64,000 nt of DNA. Origin: an uncultured Desulfobacterales bacterium (GTDB lineage: Bacteria > Desulfobacterota > DSM-4660 > Desulfatiglandales > JALVZP01). The translations under genes and the position numbers were made by a program. The notes beneath the pieces were generated by a model. It was not told the origin of the DNA, ran no database searches, and saw only the letters and a list, made by a program, of their open reading frames with translations. Where the stretch lies: contig CAYMUI010000030.1 of NCBI GenBank assembly GCA_964393645.1, forward strand, positions 19,195 to 83,194, written 5' to 3'. Below, one piece after another: positions 54,428 to 62,629 of this stretch; the first letter of the stretch is position 1, and every line of letters begins with the position of its first letter.

Positions 54428-55884
54428 CTTTCTAAGATCGGTGTGATGCTGAATTCTCCTATACCGTTTACTCTCAAAAATTCAAAGACATCGTACTTAT
54501 TTCCCTGTGACCACCAGTTTTTTATTTCGTTTACTGCTTCTTTTTTAAACATCCAATCAGATCCATATCTTTGAGACAGGTATTTTTCAAGTATCGCTTC
54601 TGTAATCCAGGCAATAAGATAATCAAGGCAGTAGAATTCCGGCACAAGGTCAAACAAGTGACTTTCTGGCTGATAGTAAAAACCAGTATATCGGCTCATA
54701 TATTCAGAATAAAGTTTTCCGTTAGAGATGTTTTCACAAGAAAACATTTCATATTCTGTCAGAAACTTTGCTGCATATCTTCTAAATATAGAAAGATCTT
54801 TTAGTACCTTGTAAAAATAAAGCTCATCTGCCAGTTGTTTATCGAGTCCCACAACCTCCATAAGAAATGGTCTCGATAGTGCAATATTCTGCATCAAAAA
54901 AGCAAATGACTCTGACAATATGTAATTTGTGGCTAAATCTCGATCTTCTAAGGGTAGATCAGGATCTGTAAGTGTTGCTGATATCCCATGTCCTAATTCA
55001 TGAGCTATAGTTTCCAGATCTATCCAACCACCAGCTGGTCTTATGACCACATACACCTCCTCTGGAATCTGTACCATAAAGGAGATGGCCTGAGCACTTT
55101 TTTTCTTATTAAATGTCACATCCAAGTGAAGCCCGGGTAATTGTTTTGTGTCTATTCCCCATTCTTTTAAAGAGTTGAGAAACAGCTTTATTCCATTTGA
55201 TGGAGCAAGGTGATCAAACTCTTGCATACCCAGAAGGTTTATGGCATCAAATCTGGTAAGTCCTTCCAAGGTTGTGCCGTACCTTCTTTTTGTCCATTGA
55301 TTCATGAGTTTGTAGTAAAAGCTATCTGTAATAGAAAGTATCGAAAGAACTTTTTCATAAAAGAGATCATAACTTAAGCCTTTTTTCTGAGAACAGTAGC
55401 TTAGATAATTTTTGAATCCCAAATCTTTTTTGATAAGTTCCAAAAGGATTGACCAGTAGTTATATGCAAAAGGTTTCAAAAACTTACATAAAGCCGAAAC
55501 CTCTTTCTGTAAAGCACGTCTTTGGGCACAAGTGCTGGATTTTTGACAGTATGGAATAATTTCTCTCAGATATATCTTTTTCCCTTCCACATAGGCGGCA
55601 GCACCGAGCATCCAGGTTCTCATCTCTGCCTCGTAAGGCATAAGTTGGTATTGAAGATAGTGATCAATAAGACCGTGTTTTATGCATATCTTCTTCTTTT
55701 TGTCCTTGATTAAAGAGGTTTCTTCTATTGTTCGCAGGTTAAGTATAGGTTCGTACCCTCTGTATATGAAGTCGAGTTTGAATATGGAAGGAATTCCTAT
55801 CCAGGTATAAAGTGCGTGGATTTTTATTCTGCAGTTTAAATGATGCACGATATTTTCCAATTCTGTTATCTTTGTGGTTTGCAT
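54400..55884 (-). CDS. Zinc metallopeptidase, M3/oligoendopeptidase-F-like
   Basis: 494 aa, helical, with a single HExxH (IAHELGHGI). The family assignment is tentative. Confidence 0.5.
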   Translation of the reverse strand: MQTTKITELENIVHHLNCRIKIHALYTWIGIPSIFKLDFIYRGYEPILNLRTIEETSLIKDKKKKICIKHGLIDHYLQYQLMPYEAEMRTWMLGAAAYVEGKKIYLREIIPYCQKSSTCAQRRALQKEVSALCKFLKPFAYNYWSILLELIKKDLGFKNYLSYCSQKKGLSYDLFYEKVLSILSITDSFYYKLMNQWTKRRYGTTLEGLTRFDAINLLGMQEFDHLAPSNGIKLFLNSLKEWGIDTKQLPGLHLDVTFNKKKSAQAISFMVQIPEEVYVVIRPAGGWIDLETIAHELGHGISATLTDPDLPLEDRDLATNYILSESFAFLMQNIALSRPFLMEVVGLDKQLADELYFYKVLKDLSIFRRYAAKFLTEYEMFSCENISNGKLYSEYMSRYTGFYYQPESHLFDLVPEFYCLDYLIAWITEAILEKYLSQRYGSDWMFKKEAVNEIKNWWSQGNKYDVFEFLRVNGIGEFSITPILERWEKVLCQG

Positions 55885-55945
55885 TTTTTAAGAATAGTGC
55901 TATTAATAGCTTTCGGAATAGTTAATATAGAGGAGGATAGGTAAA

Positions 55946-56578
55946 ATGGCAACAATTACTATTTCCCGTAGATTTGGTGCTGGAGGAGCAACCTTGGGAG
56001 CAAGGATAGCCAAGAGGCTGGGTTACAGGTATTTGAATGACGAGCTGGTAAAGGAGGTAGCAAAGCAGGTAGGAGCATCTGTAAAAGACATTACCTCAAT
56101 AGAAAAAAGGAAAAGGCCCAGCAAGTTGATGCTTTTTTTGGAAAAAGTGATAAGAGTTGATATTATCGAAAGAAAAAGAAGATATAAACCTATAGATGTG
56201 AAAGAGTATATAGATGGGATAAGAGAGGTCATACTTAAAGAATATGAACAAGGCAACTGTGTTATAATAGGGAGAGGAAGTCACTACATACTTCAGAACA
56301 AACCCGATGTTATTCATCTCTTAGTAGTGGCGAGTAAAAGATTCCGTTTAAAGTTTTTAATGGATACCTACGGACTGCGCGAGGAACAAGCAGAACGGGC
56401 AATCGAGAGGGCAGATATGATAAGATCTGACTTTTTATATTACTTTTCCCAAAGAGAAAATCACGATGATCCTCTTTTGTACACAATCTGTTTTAACATG
56501 GACCGTATTAGTATGAATGAAGCAGAAGAGATGGTTGTGAATTTAGTTAAACAAAGGGAGAGACAAAGTGGTTTCTAA
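55946..56578 (+). CDS. Cytidylate-kinase-like family protein
   Basis: 210 aa. ITISRRFGAGGATLGARIAKRLGYRYLNDEL is typical of the AAA/cytidylate kinase-like 2 family. Confidence 0.6.
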   Translation: MATITISRRFGAGGATLGARIAKRLGYRYLNDELVKEVAKQVGASVKDITSIEKRKRPSKLMLFLEKVIRVDIIERKRRYKPIDVKEYIDGIREVILKEYEQGNCVIIGRGSHYILQNKPDVIHLLVVASKRFRLKFLMDTYGLREEQAERAIERADMIRSDFLYYFSQRENHDDPLLYTICFNMDRISMNEAEEMVVNLVKQRERQSGF

Positions 56579-57020
56579 TGTAAAAGAACTTCCCCCTTGT
56601 GAGATTCTCATAAAAGCAGACGGAAAATGGTATCACAAGGGTGTGGAGATAATAAGAAAAGATATAATAAACTTTTTCTATGAACACTTAGATTTGGATG
56701 AAGAAGGGCGATACATTATCTCGTGGAGGAACGAAAAGTGTGTTGTAGATGTGGAAGATACTGCTTTTTTTGTGCAAAGGGTTGACAAGACAAAAAGCGG
56801 GTTTTTGCTTTATCTGAGCGATGGAACCCAAGAAGAACTTGATCCTGAGACATTATATGTGGGTAAAGAAAATGTTTTATACTGCAGGGTAAAGAAAGGT
56901 AAGTTTCCAGCTAAGTTTTTAAGGCCTGCTTACTATCAGATAGCAGATTACATAGAAGAAGAAAAAGGAAAATACTTTATTACCGTGAATGGAAAAAGGT
57001 ATTTCATAAAGAATGATTAA
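56568..57020 (+). CDS. DUF1285-like protein
   Basis: 150 aa. DGKWYHKGVEIIRKDIINFFYEHLDLDEEGRYII...VDVEDTAFF fits the pattern I remember for DUF1285. Confidence 0.5.
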   Translation: MVSNVKELPPCEILIKADGKWYHKGVEIIRKDIINFFYEHLDLDEEGRYIISWRNEKCVVDVEDTAFFVQRVDKTKSGFLLYLSDGTQEELDPETLYVGKENVLYCRVKKGKFPAKFLRPAYYQIADYIEEEKGKYFITVNGKRYFIKND

Positions 57021-57747
57021 AATCAGCATCCTGTACGATAACAGAAGCAAAAACAGAAAGTTTACATACGGATGGGGATTTTCCTGTCTTATTTCTGGCT
57101 TAGAACAGAGTATTCTTTTTGATACAGGCGCAAGAGGAGATATTCTGTTTTACAACATGGAGCAGATGGGAATTGAGCCAGAAATACTGAAACACATATT
57201 CTTATCACATATTCATGGCGATCATACGGGCGGGCTGATTTCTATATTGGAAAAGAAACCAAATGTTACGGTATGGTTGCCCGAATCTTTCCCTGAATCT
57301 GCAAAGTTTGACATCGGAAGCTATGGAGCAAGGGTAAAAGCTGTAAGCAAAGCAACCCGTCTTTTTAGCAATGTCTACTCTACCGGCGAACTTGGAAGAT
57401 CTCCAAAAGAACAGGCACTTATCATAGACACAAACCTTGGGCTTATCCTGATTACAGGATGTGCTCATCCGGGAGTTGCAAACTTTGCTATTAAGGCAAA
57501 GAACTATCTGAACAAAGAAGTATATCTGATCTTAGGTGGTTTGCATCTGAGAGGATACACAAAAAAAGACATCAACCAGATCATAGCTCTTTTAAAAGAC
57601 ATAGGCGTAAAAAAGATAGCACCGTGTCATTGCACAGGCGAATATGCCATGCAACTTTTGCAAGAAGAATACAAGGAAGACTACATTGATGTATCAGCAG
57701 GTTCTCTTATACAGCTCGAGCCTTCATCCTTAGATACGCATTTATAA
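57013..57747 (+). CDS. MBL-fold metallo-hydrolase
   Basis: 244 aa. HIHGDHTGG metal-binding motif and GCAHPG. Confidence 0.7.
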   Translation: MIKISILYDNRSKNRKFTYGWGFSCLISGLEQSILFDTGARGDILFYNMEQMGIEPEILKHIFLSHIHGDHTGGLISILEKKPNVTVWLPESFPESAKFDIGSYGARVKAVSKATRLFSNVYSTGELGRSPKEQALIIDTNLGLILITGCAHPGVANFAIKAKNYLNKEVYLILGGLHLRGYTKKDINQIIALLKDIGVKKIAPCHCTGEYAMQLLQEEYKEDYIDVSAGSLIQLEPSSLDTHL

Positions 57748-58811
57748 AAGGATCGAGATCTCCATCCATTACTCTTTCTAAATCCCCAATTTCTAAATTT
57801 GTTCTGTGGTCTTTTACTAATCTGTATGGATTAAAGATGTAAGATCTTATTTGATTTCCCCAAGATATCTCCTTCTGGGACTCGTGGATCTGTCTTTTCT
57901 TCTCTTCCAGCTTTTTCTTTTCCAGTTCGTAAAGCTGTGCTTTCAGAATTTTTAGAGCCATTTCTTTGTTTCTGTGCTGTGATCTTTCGTTCTGACACTG
58001 GACCACAATCCCTGTGGGGATGTGAACTATTCTTACTGCAGAGCTCGTGGTATTTACATGTTGTCCACCCGGACCACTTGCTCTAAAGGTGTCTATTCTC
58101 AGGTCTTTTTCGTTTATTTCTATCTTTATGTCTGTGTCTACTTCGGGATAAACAGATACAGAGGCAAAAGAGGTATGTCTTCTTCTTGTAGCATCAAATG
58201 GCGAAATCCTCACCAGTCTGTGGATTCCATGTTCTGCCTTAAGTCTACCATAAGCGTAAGGGCCTGTAACAGTGAATGTTACGCTTTTAAGTCCAGCTTC
58301 TTCTCCCGGCAGCATATCTATTATCTTGGTTTCCATTCCCTTGTCTTCACACCATCTGAGAAACATTCTTAGAAGCATCTGAACCCAATCTTGTGCATCC
58401 GTGCCTCCGGCTCCGGCGTTTATGGAAACAATGGCATTTCTTGAATCGTCGGGGTCTGTAAATAAAGCCTGAATCTCCATTTCCTCTACCTGCTTTTCTA
58501 AGGCTTTCAGCTCCCTTGAGATCTCTTGCAAAGCAGAACTATCCTCTTCTTCTACCGCTATTTCTGTGAGCAAAGCCAGGTCTTCCAGTTCTTTATTTAA
58601 GTGTTCCCATTGTTCTATTTTTTCTTTGTTTAGAGAAAGGGTTTTTGAGATCTTAGAAATTTCTTCCTGGCTTCTTTCCCAGAAGGAAGGGGAAGCCATT
58701 ATCTTTTCCAATCTTTCCGTTTCGTTTCGCAGGTTATTTAAGTCAAAGATACTCCTTTACTTCTTCTACTTTTTTCTTCAGCTCGTTGATCTTTTGAATG
58801 AGATCGTCCAT
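57707..58811 (-). CDS. prfB: Peptide chain release factor 2, requires +1 programmed frameshift
   Basis: The track ORF (57707-58711) contains SPF and GGQ (GPGGQHVNTT). Hand translation upstream gives frame-0 MDDLIQKINELKKKVEEVKEYL ending in CTT TGA C at 58748-58742. A +1 shift joins it to DLNNLRNETERLEKIMASPSFW. Confidence 0.9.
58742..58757 (-). other. prfB +1 frameshift site with internal Shine-Dalgarno
   Basis: The minus strand reads aAGGAGtatCTTTGAc, which is the same TAT CTT TGA C context as E. coli prfB. Confidence 0.85.
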
Positions 58812-58873
58812 AATCTATACCTCGTGAAGGTCGTTTTTTTACTATTTTAAATCATTTCTTTATTATTTCAAGA

Positions 58874-59644
58874 ATGGCTATTACGGCTTTATCAGCTATT
58901 GTAATGGATACAAAAGAGATAGGGGAATCAGATCTATTAGTTACTTTTTTCACAAAGGAAAAAGGAAAACTGACAGGAATTGCTAAAGGAGCAAAGAGAA
59001 GTAAAAGGAGATTTTTCAACTGCCTCGATCTATTTTGCCTTGTTTCGGTAGAGTTGGAACTGAAGAAGAATAGTAACATCTGTTTTCTGCACTCTTGTAA
59101 GCTGATTGAACCTTTTACCAATATAAGAGAAAGTTACACATGCTTTGTAACGGCTAATTACATGATAGAACTTGCAAGTCTTTTATTTCCAGTGGGAGTC
59201 ACAGATGATAATATGTTTCAGCTTATAAGGGATTCTTTTACCCTTTTAAATAAAGGGTTTGATCCTGAAAAAGTGCTTGTCAATTACGAAGCAAAAGCAA
59301 TGTCAATAGGTGGGTATAGAATAAATCTGGAAAAGTGCCAAGTATGTGGAAGGACATATAAAGGAGAAGGAAGCGGTGCGTTCTTGGTGTACAAAGGAGG
59401 TATAATCTGCCTCAGATGTGTTAAGAGCTCTTCGTGTCTTATTATTATGCATCCCCAAGAAATAAAAATGTTGCGTCTTCTTCAATCTCCCTCTTTTCGA
59501 ATAGAATCTGACACCCAGCTAACTCCTTCCACACTAAAAAAAATAAGAAATGTACTTCAACTACACATAACCTACATACTTGGGAACAGACTTAAGACGA
59601 AGAGGTTTATTGATTCTCTTTTCCCATCTGTTCAAGCTGTCTGA
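58874..59644 (+). CDS. recO: DNA repair protein RecO
   Basis: 256 aa. It has an N-terminal OB-fold pattern (GESDLLVTFFTKEKGKLTGIAKGAKRSKRRF) and zinc motif CQVCG...CLRC. Confidence 0.85.
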   Translation: MAITALSAIVMDTKEIGESDLLVTFFTKEKGKLTGIAKGAKRSKRRFFNCLDLFCLVSVELELKKNSNICFLHSCKLIEPFTNIRESYTCFVTANYMIELASLLFPVGVTDDNMFQLIRDSFTLLNKGFDPEKVLVNYEAKAMSIGGYRINLEKCQVCGRTYKGEGSGAFLVYKGGIICLRCVKSSSCLIIMHPQEIKMLRLLQSPSFRIESDTQLTPSTLKKIRNVLQLHITYILGNRLKTKRFIDSLFPSVQAV

Positions 59645-59753
59645 GAATCCGAACGTTTTCTTGGAGTCTTTTCATGTACTTTTTTAGGTTCTCTTTGTTG
59701 GGTTTTCTCTTATTTTTTCTTATTGTTCTGGTCTTTCGGGTCTTGGATGCCAT
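59607..59753 (-). CDS. Candidate small basic protein (48 aa, MASKTRKTRTIRKNKRKPNKENLKKYMKRLQENVRILRQLEQMGKENQ)
   Basis: Hand translation; the ORF is below the track threshold. A strong SD (GAGGAGG) lies 6 nt upstream of the ATG. It occupies the otherwise empty recO-rdgB spacer, and its 3' end overlaps the recO 3' end by 38 nt. Confidence 0.4.
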   Translation of the reverse strand: MASKTRKTRTIRKNKRKPNKENLKKYMKRLQENVRILRQLEQMGKENQ

Positions 59754-59869
59754 TTTTGTCCTCCTCGAGTTTTGGCTTTAGATACCATTACTGGACATAT
59801 ATATCAAGTGGGGGTATATATAAAATTTACAACGATGTGGCTTTGAGGACAAGACAAAAACTTTCAGGA

Positions 59870-60496
59870 TTGAAAAAAGTGAAGTTTGTGCTTGCAACAA
59901 AAAACAAAGGGAAACTGATTGAGTTTAGAAGGATGCTCGATCTTCCCGAGGTCGAACTTTTAGGTATGGAAGAAATTCCACAGTTGAAAAATGTAGAGAT
60001 AAGAGAAGATGGAAAAACATTTTTAGAAAACGCATTAAAAAAAGCAAAAGAGGTTTCCCGGCGTTCAGGAATGCCGGCCATAGCAGATGATTCCGGTCTT
60101 GTGGTCTATGCACTTGGAGGAAGACCGGGTGTCTACTCAGCCCGTTTTGCTGGAGAGTCTGCCACTGACGAACAAAACAACTTAAAGTTGCTCCAAGAGA
60201 TGCGTGGCAAGACTAATAGAGAGGCGGCTTTCGTCTGTGTTCTTGCTGTAGTATCGCCAAAAGGTAGAACATTTATTTATGAAGGCAGATGCGAAGGGCT
60301 TATTACAGAAGCCCCGCTCGGAAATAAAGGTTTTGGATACGATCCTGTTTTTTACTATCCTCCTTTGAAAAAGACCTTTGCCCAAATGGATGTGGAAGAG
60401 AAGAACAGGGTAAGTCATAGAGCAATGGCTATAAAAAAACTAAAAGATGATATACAGAATATCCTCTCTGCTTTTAAGGAAGAAGGATGCTTGTAG
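59870..60496 (+). CDS. rdgB: dITP/XTP pyrophosphatase (RdgB/HAM1 family)
   Basis: FVLATKNKGKLIEF, DDSGLVVYALGGRPGVYSARF, GFGYDPVF and SHRA. The conserved core begins near TTG 59870 or GTG 59879. The track N-terminal 49 aa looks non-coding. Confidence 0.8.
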   Translation: MKKVKFVLATKNKGKLIEFRRMLDLPEVELLGMEEIPQLKNVEIREDGKTFLENALKKAKEVSRRSGMPAIADDSGLVVYALGGRPGVYSARFAGESATDEQNNLKLLQEMRGKTNREAAFVCVLAVVSPKGRTFIYEGRCEGLITEAPLGNKGFGYDPVFYYPPLKKTFAQMDVEEKNRVSHRAMAIKKLKDDIQNILSAFKEEGCL

Positions 60497-61461
60497 ACAG
60501 TTACGGAAGAAAAATAACCTACCTAAGAGTATCCGTAACCGATAGATGTAATCTTAGATGCATCTACTGCAGACCAGTGGGTCATGCGATTCCAAGATTG
60601 AGTCACGATCAGATCTTAAGATACGAAGAAATCCTAAGAGTCGTGAAACTGGCAGCAACTCTTGGTATAAAAAAAGTGAGGATTACCGGTGGCGAGCCTT
60701 TTGTAAGAAAAGACATAGATGTGTTCATAAATGAGTTGTCCAAGATCTCAGGGATAGAAGAAATCGCCGTCACTACCAATGGCACATTATTGTCAAAGTA
60801 TTTAGGTGTATTAAAAAGTGCAGGTGTGAAGACCATAAATGTAAGCTTAGATACATTGAGACCTGATAGATACAGGGCAATTACGGGAAGTGACGATTTT
60901 TTCAAAGTCTGGGCTGCTATTTGTGAAGCAAAAAAAATGGGTTTTAGAGCGATAAAGATAAATGTGGTTTTGTTAAAGGGAATAAATGAGGATGAAATAA
61001 TAGATTTCGCTCTTTTAAGTGTAAAAGAGCCATTTTATATAAGATTTATAGAGCACATGCCCGTCTGCTCCGGGAATGAAAGCTTTTTTTTAGTATCTGG
61101 AAAGGATGTGAGAGGATATCTGAAAAAAAGATTTGAGATGTCAATGTTAGAGGAGGACAAAAGTACCTCTTATCCTGGACCAGCAAGGTACTATAAACTT
61201 AAAGGAGCAAAGGGTGTGCTCGGTTTTATAGATCCTATAACCTCGCATTTCTGCAACGCATGTAACAGAATCCGGCTTACTGCAGACGGTCATTTAAAAC
61301 CTTGTCTTCTTTCTTCTTACCAGATCGACATAAAGTCTTATTTGAGATCCGGTGCAAATGATGAAGATATAAAAGCGCTTATTATTAAGGCAGTCAAAGA
61401 AAAACCAATATTTCACGAAAACAATGTTATAGGAAAAGCCATGTCTACCATTGGTGGTTAA
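60487..61461 (+). CDS. moaA: GTP 3',8-cyclase
   Basis: Radical-SAM CNLRCIYC, GGEPF, and the C-terminal auxiliary cluster CNACNRIRLTADGHLKPCL. Confidence 0.9.
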   Translation: MLVDSYGRKITYLRVSVTDRCNLRCIYCRPVGHAIPRLSHDQILRYEEILRVVKLAATLGIKKVRITGGEPFVRKDIDVFINELSKISGIEEIAVTTNGTLLSKYLGVLKSAGVKTINVSLDTLRPDRYRAITGSDDFFKVWAAICEAKKMGFRAIKINVVLLKGINEDEIIDFALLSVKEPFYIRFIEHMPVCSGNESFFLVSGKDVRGYLKKRFEMSMLEEDKSTSYPGPARYYKLKGAKGVLGFIDPITSHFCNACNRIRLTADGHLKPCLLSSYQIDIKSYLRSGANDEDIKALIIKAVKEKPIFHENNVIGKAMSTIGG

Positions 61462-61476
61462 AAAGGAGGATTCGGT

Positions 61477-61896
61477 ATGGCAGACTACTCTAAAAAACAC
61501 CCTGAAGTGAAAGAATTGAATGAAGAAGTCGTGCGGGAGATAAAAAACAGGATGAAAGATGGAGAGATAGCGTGTGCAGTTGCCCATGCCATTGCTGAAA
61601 AGCTGAAAGTTTCTCCAGCAGAAGTGGGGCTAACAGCAGATATGTTGAACATACCGATAGTAAAATGTCAGTTAGGACTGTTCGGATATAAGCCGAAAAA
61701 AAAGATTATAACAGCTAAAAAAGACATCCCAGAGGAGCTAAAAAACGAGATCCAAAGAAACTTAGAAGCAGGGAAGCTGTCCTGTAAGAAGGCTTGGGAA
61801 ATAGCAAAAAGACTCGGGATTAGAAAGACAGAGGTTTCTTCAGCTTGTGAGGGCTTAGGAATAAAGATAACCAAATGTCAGCTTGGCGCATTCTAA
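61477..61896 (+). CDS. Uncharacterised protein with two tandem copies of a roughly 43-aa KCQLG-ending domain
   Basis: 139 aa. Residues about 27-69 and 97-139 align, with shared G, C, IA, L, EV and KCQLG.F positions. SD aaaggagga precedes the ATG. Confidence 0.6.
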   Translation: MADYSKKHPEVKELNEEVVREIKNRMKDGEIACAVAHAIAEKLKVSPAEVGLTADMLNIPIVKCQLGLFGYKPKKKIITAKKDIPEELKNEIQRNLEAGKLSCKKAWEIAKRLGIRKTEVSSACEGLGIKITKCQLGAF

Positions 61897-62622
61897 CAGT
61901 ACTTGAAATGCAGGAGATGAAGAAGGAAATTCCAGCAATGATCTTCCTGTAAGGTCATACTCTTTCACTGTTTTATCAGAAGGTACATACCCTATGACGG
62001 GAATATCTAACTGCTCTTTAAGTTTTTTGGTACTACTAAGTTCTTCTACCATGTTGAATATAAGTTTTATGCTCAACTGCTTTTTTTCAGACAGCTCATA
62101 GGCTATTTTGCTAAGATATTTTACCGTTTGAATCCCTCTTATTGTGGGATCAGAGACCAGCAGAAGAATGTCTATATTTCTCAGGACTCTTCTGTTTACC
62201 TGTTCAAGTCCTGCTTCACAGTCAACAATCACCGCTTCGTATTCTTTTGCAAGGGAATCAATGGCGTATCTGAGCAGTTCGTTTATGCTACAAAAACATC
62301 CGGGTCCTTCAGATCTTCCCATGACTAAAAAATCGAATCCGTCTTTTCTTAGAACAACATTCTTCCTTATAACTTCTTTCAACGGAGGATCTTGATCTCC
62401 GAATAGCTTCTTTCTACCAGATCCCTCCTTTAGCGCCTCTCTTATGTCCCATATAGTTTTTATCTGTTCTGGAGAAACGCCGAGTGCATGAGTAAGGCCT
62501 AAGGAGGGATCTGCGTCTATAGAAAGAAGCCTTACCTTGCCTCGTAATATCTTCGTAAGTATTGCTGAAATAAAGGTTTTTCCTACCCCGCCTTTTCCAC
62601 CCACTGCTATTACTTTTCCCAT
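61855..62622 (-). CDS. cooC: CooC/AcsF-type MinD-superfamily nickel-insertion ATPase
   Basis: 255 aa. Deviant Walker A GGKGGVGKT and the metal-binding CxC in EGPGCFCSINE. Confidence 0.7.
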   Translation of the reverse strand: MGKVIAVGGKGGVGKTFISAILTKILRGKVRLLSIDADPSLGLTHALGVSPEQIKTIWDIREALKEGSGRKKLFGDQDPPLKEVIRKNVVLRKDGFDFLVMGRSEGPGCFCSINELLRYAIDSLAKEYEAVIVDCEAGLEQVNRRVLRNIDILLLVSDPTIRGIQTVKYLSKIAYELSEKKQLSIKLIFNMVEELSSTKKLKEQLDIPVIGYVPSDKTVKEYDLTGRSLLEFPSSSPAFQVLLECAKLTFGYLYS

Positions 62623-62629
62623 TATTAGC

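Noticed and set aside
59723-59869. N-terminal 49-aa extension of the rdgB track ORF.
   Set aside because: W/F/S/Y-rich sequence that is not part of HAM1/RdgB proteins. The conserved core begins at KFVLATKNKGK, and the region is better explained by the minus-strand small ORF and promoters.
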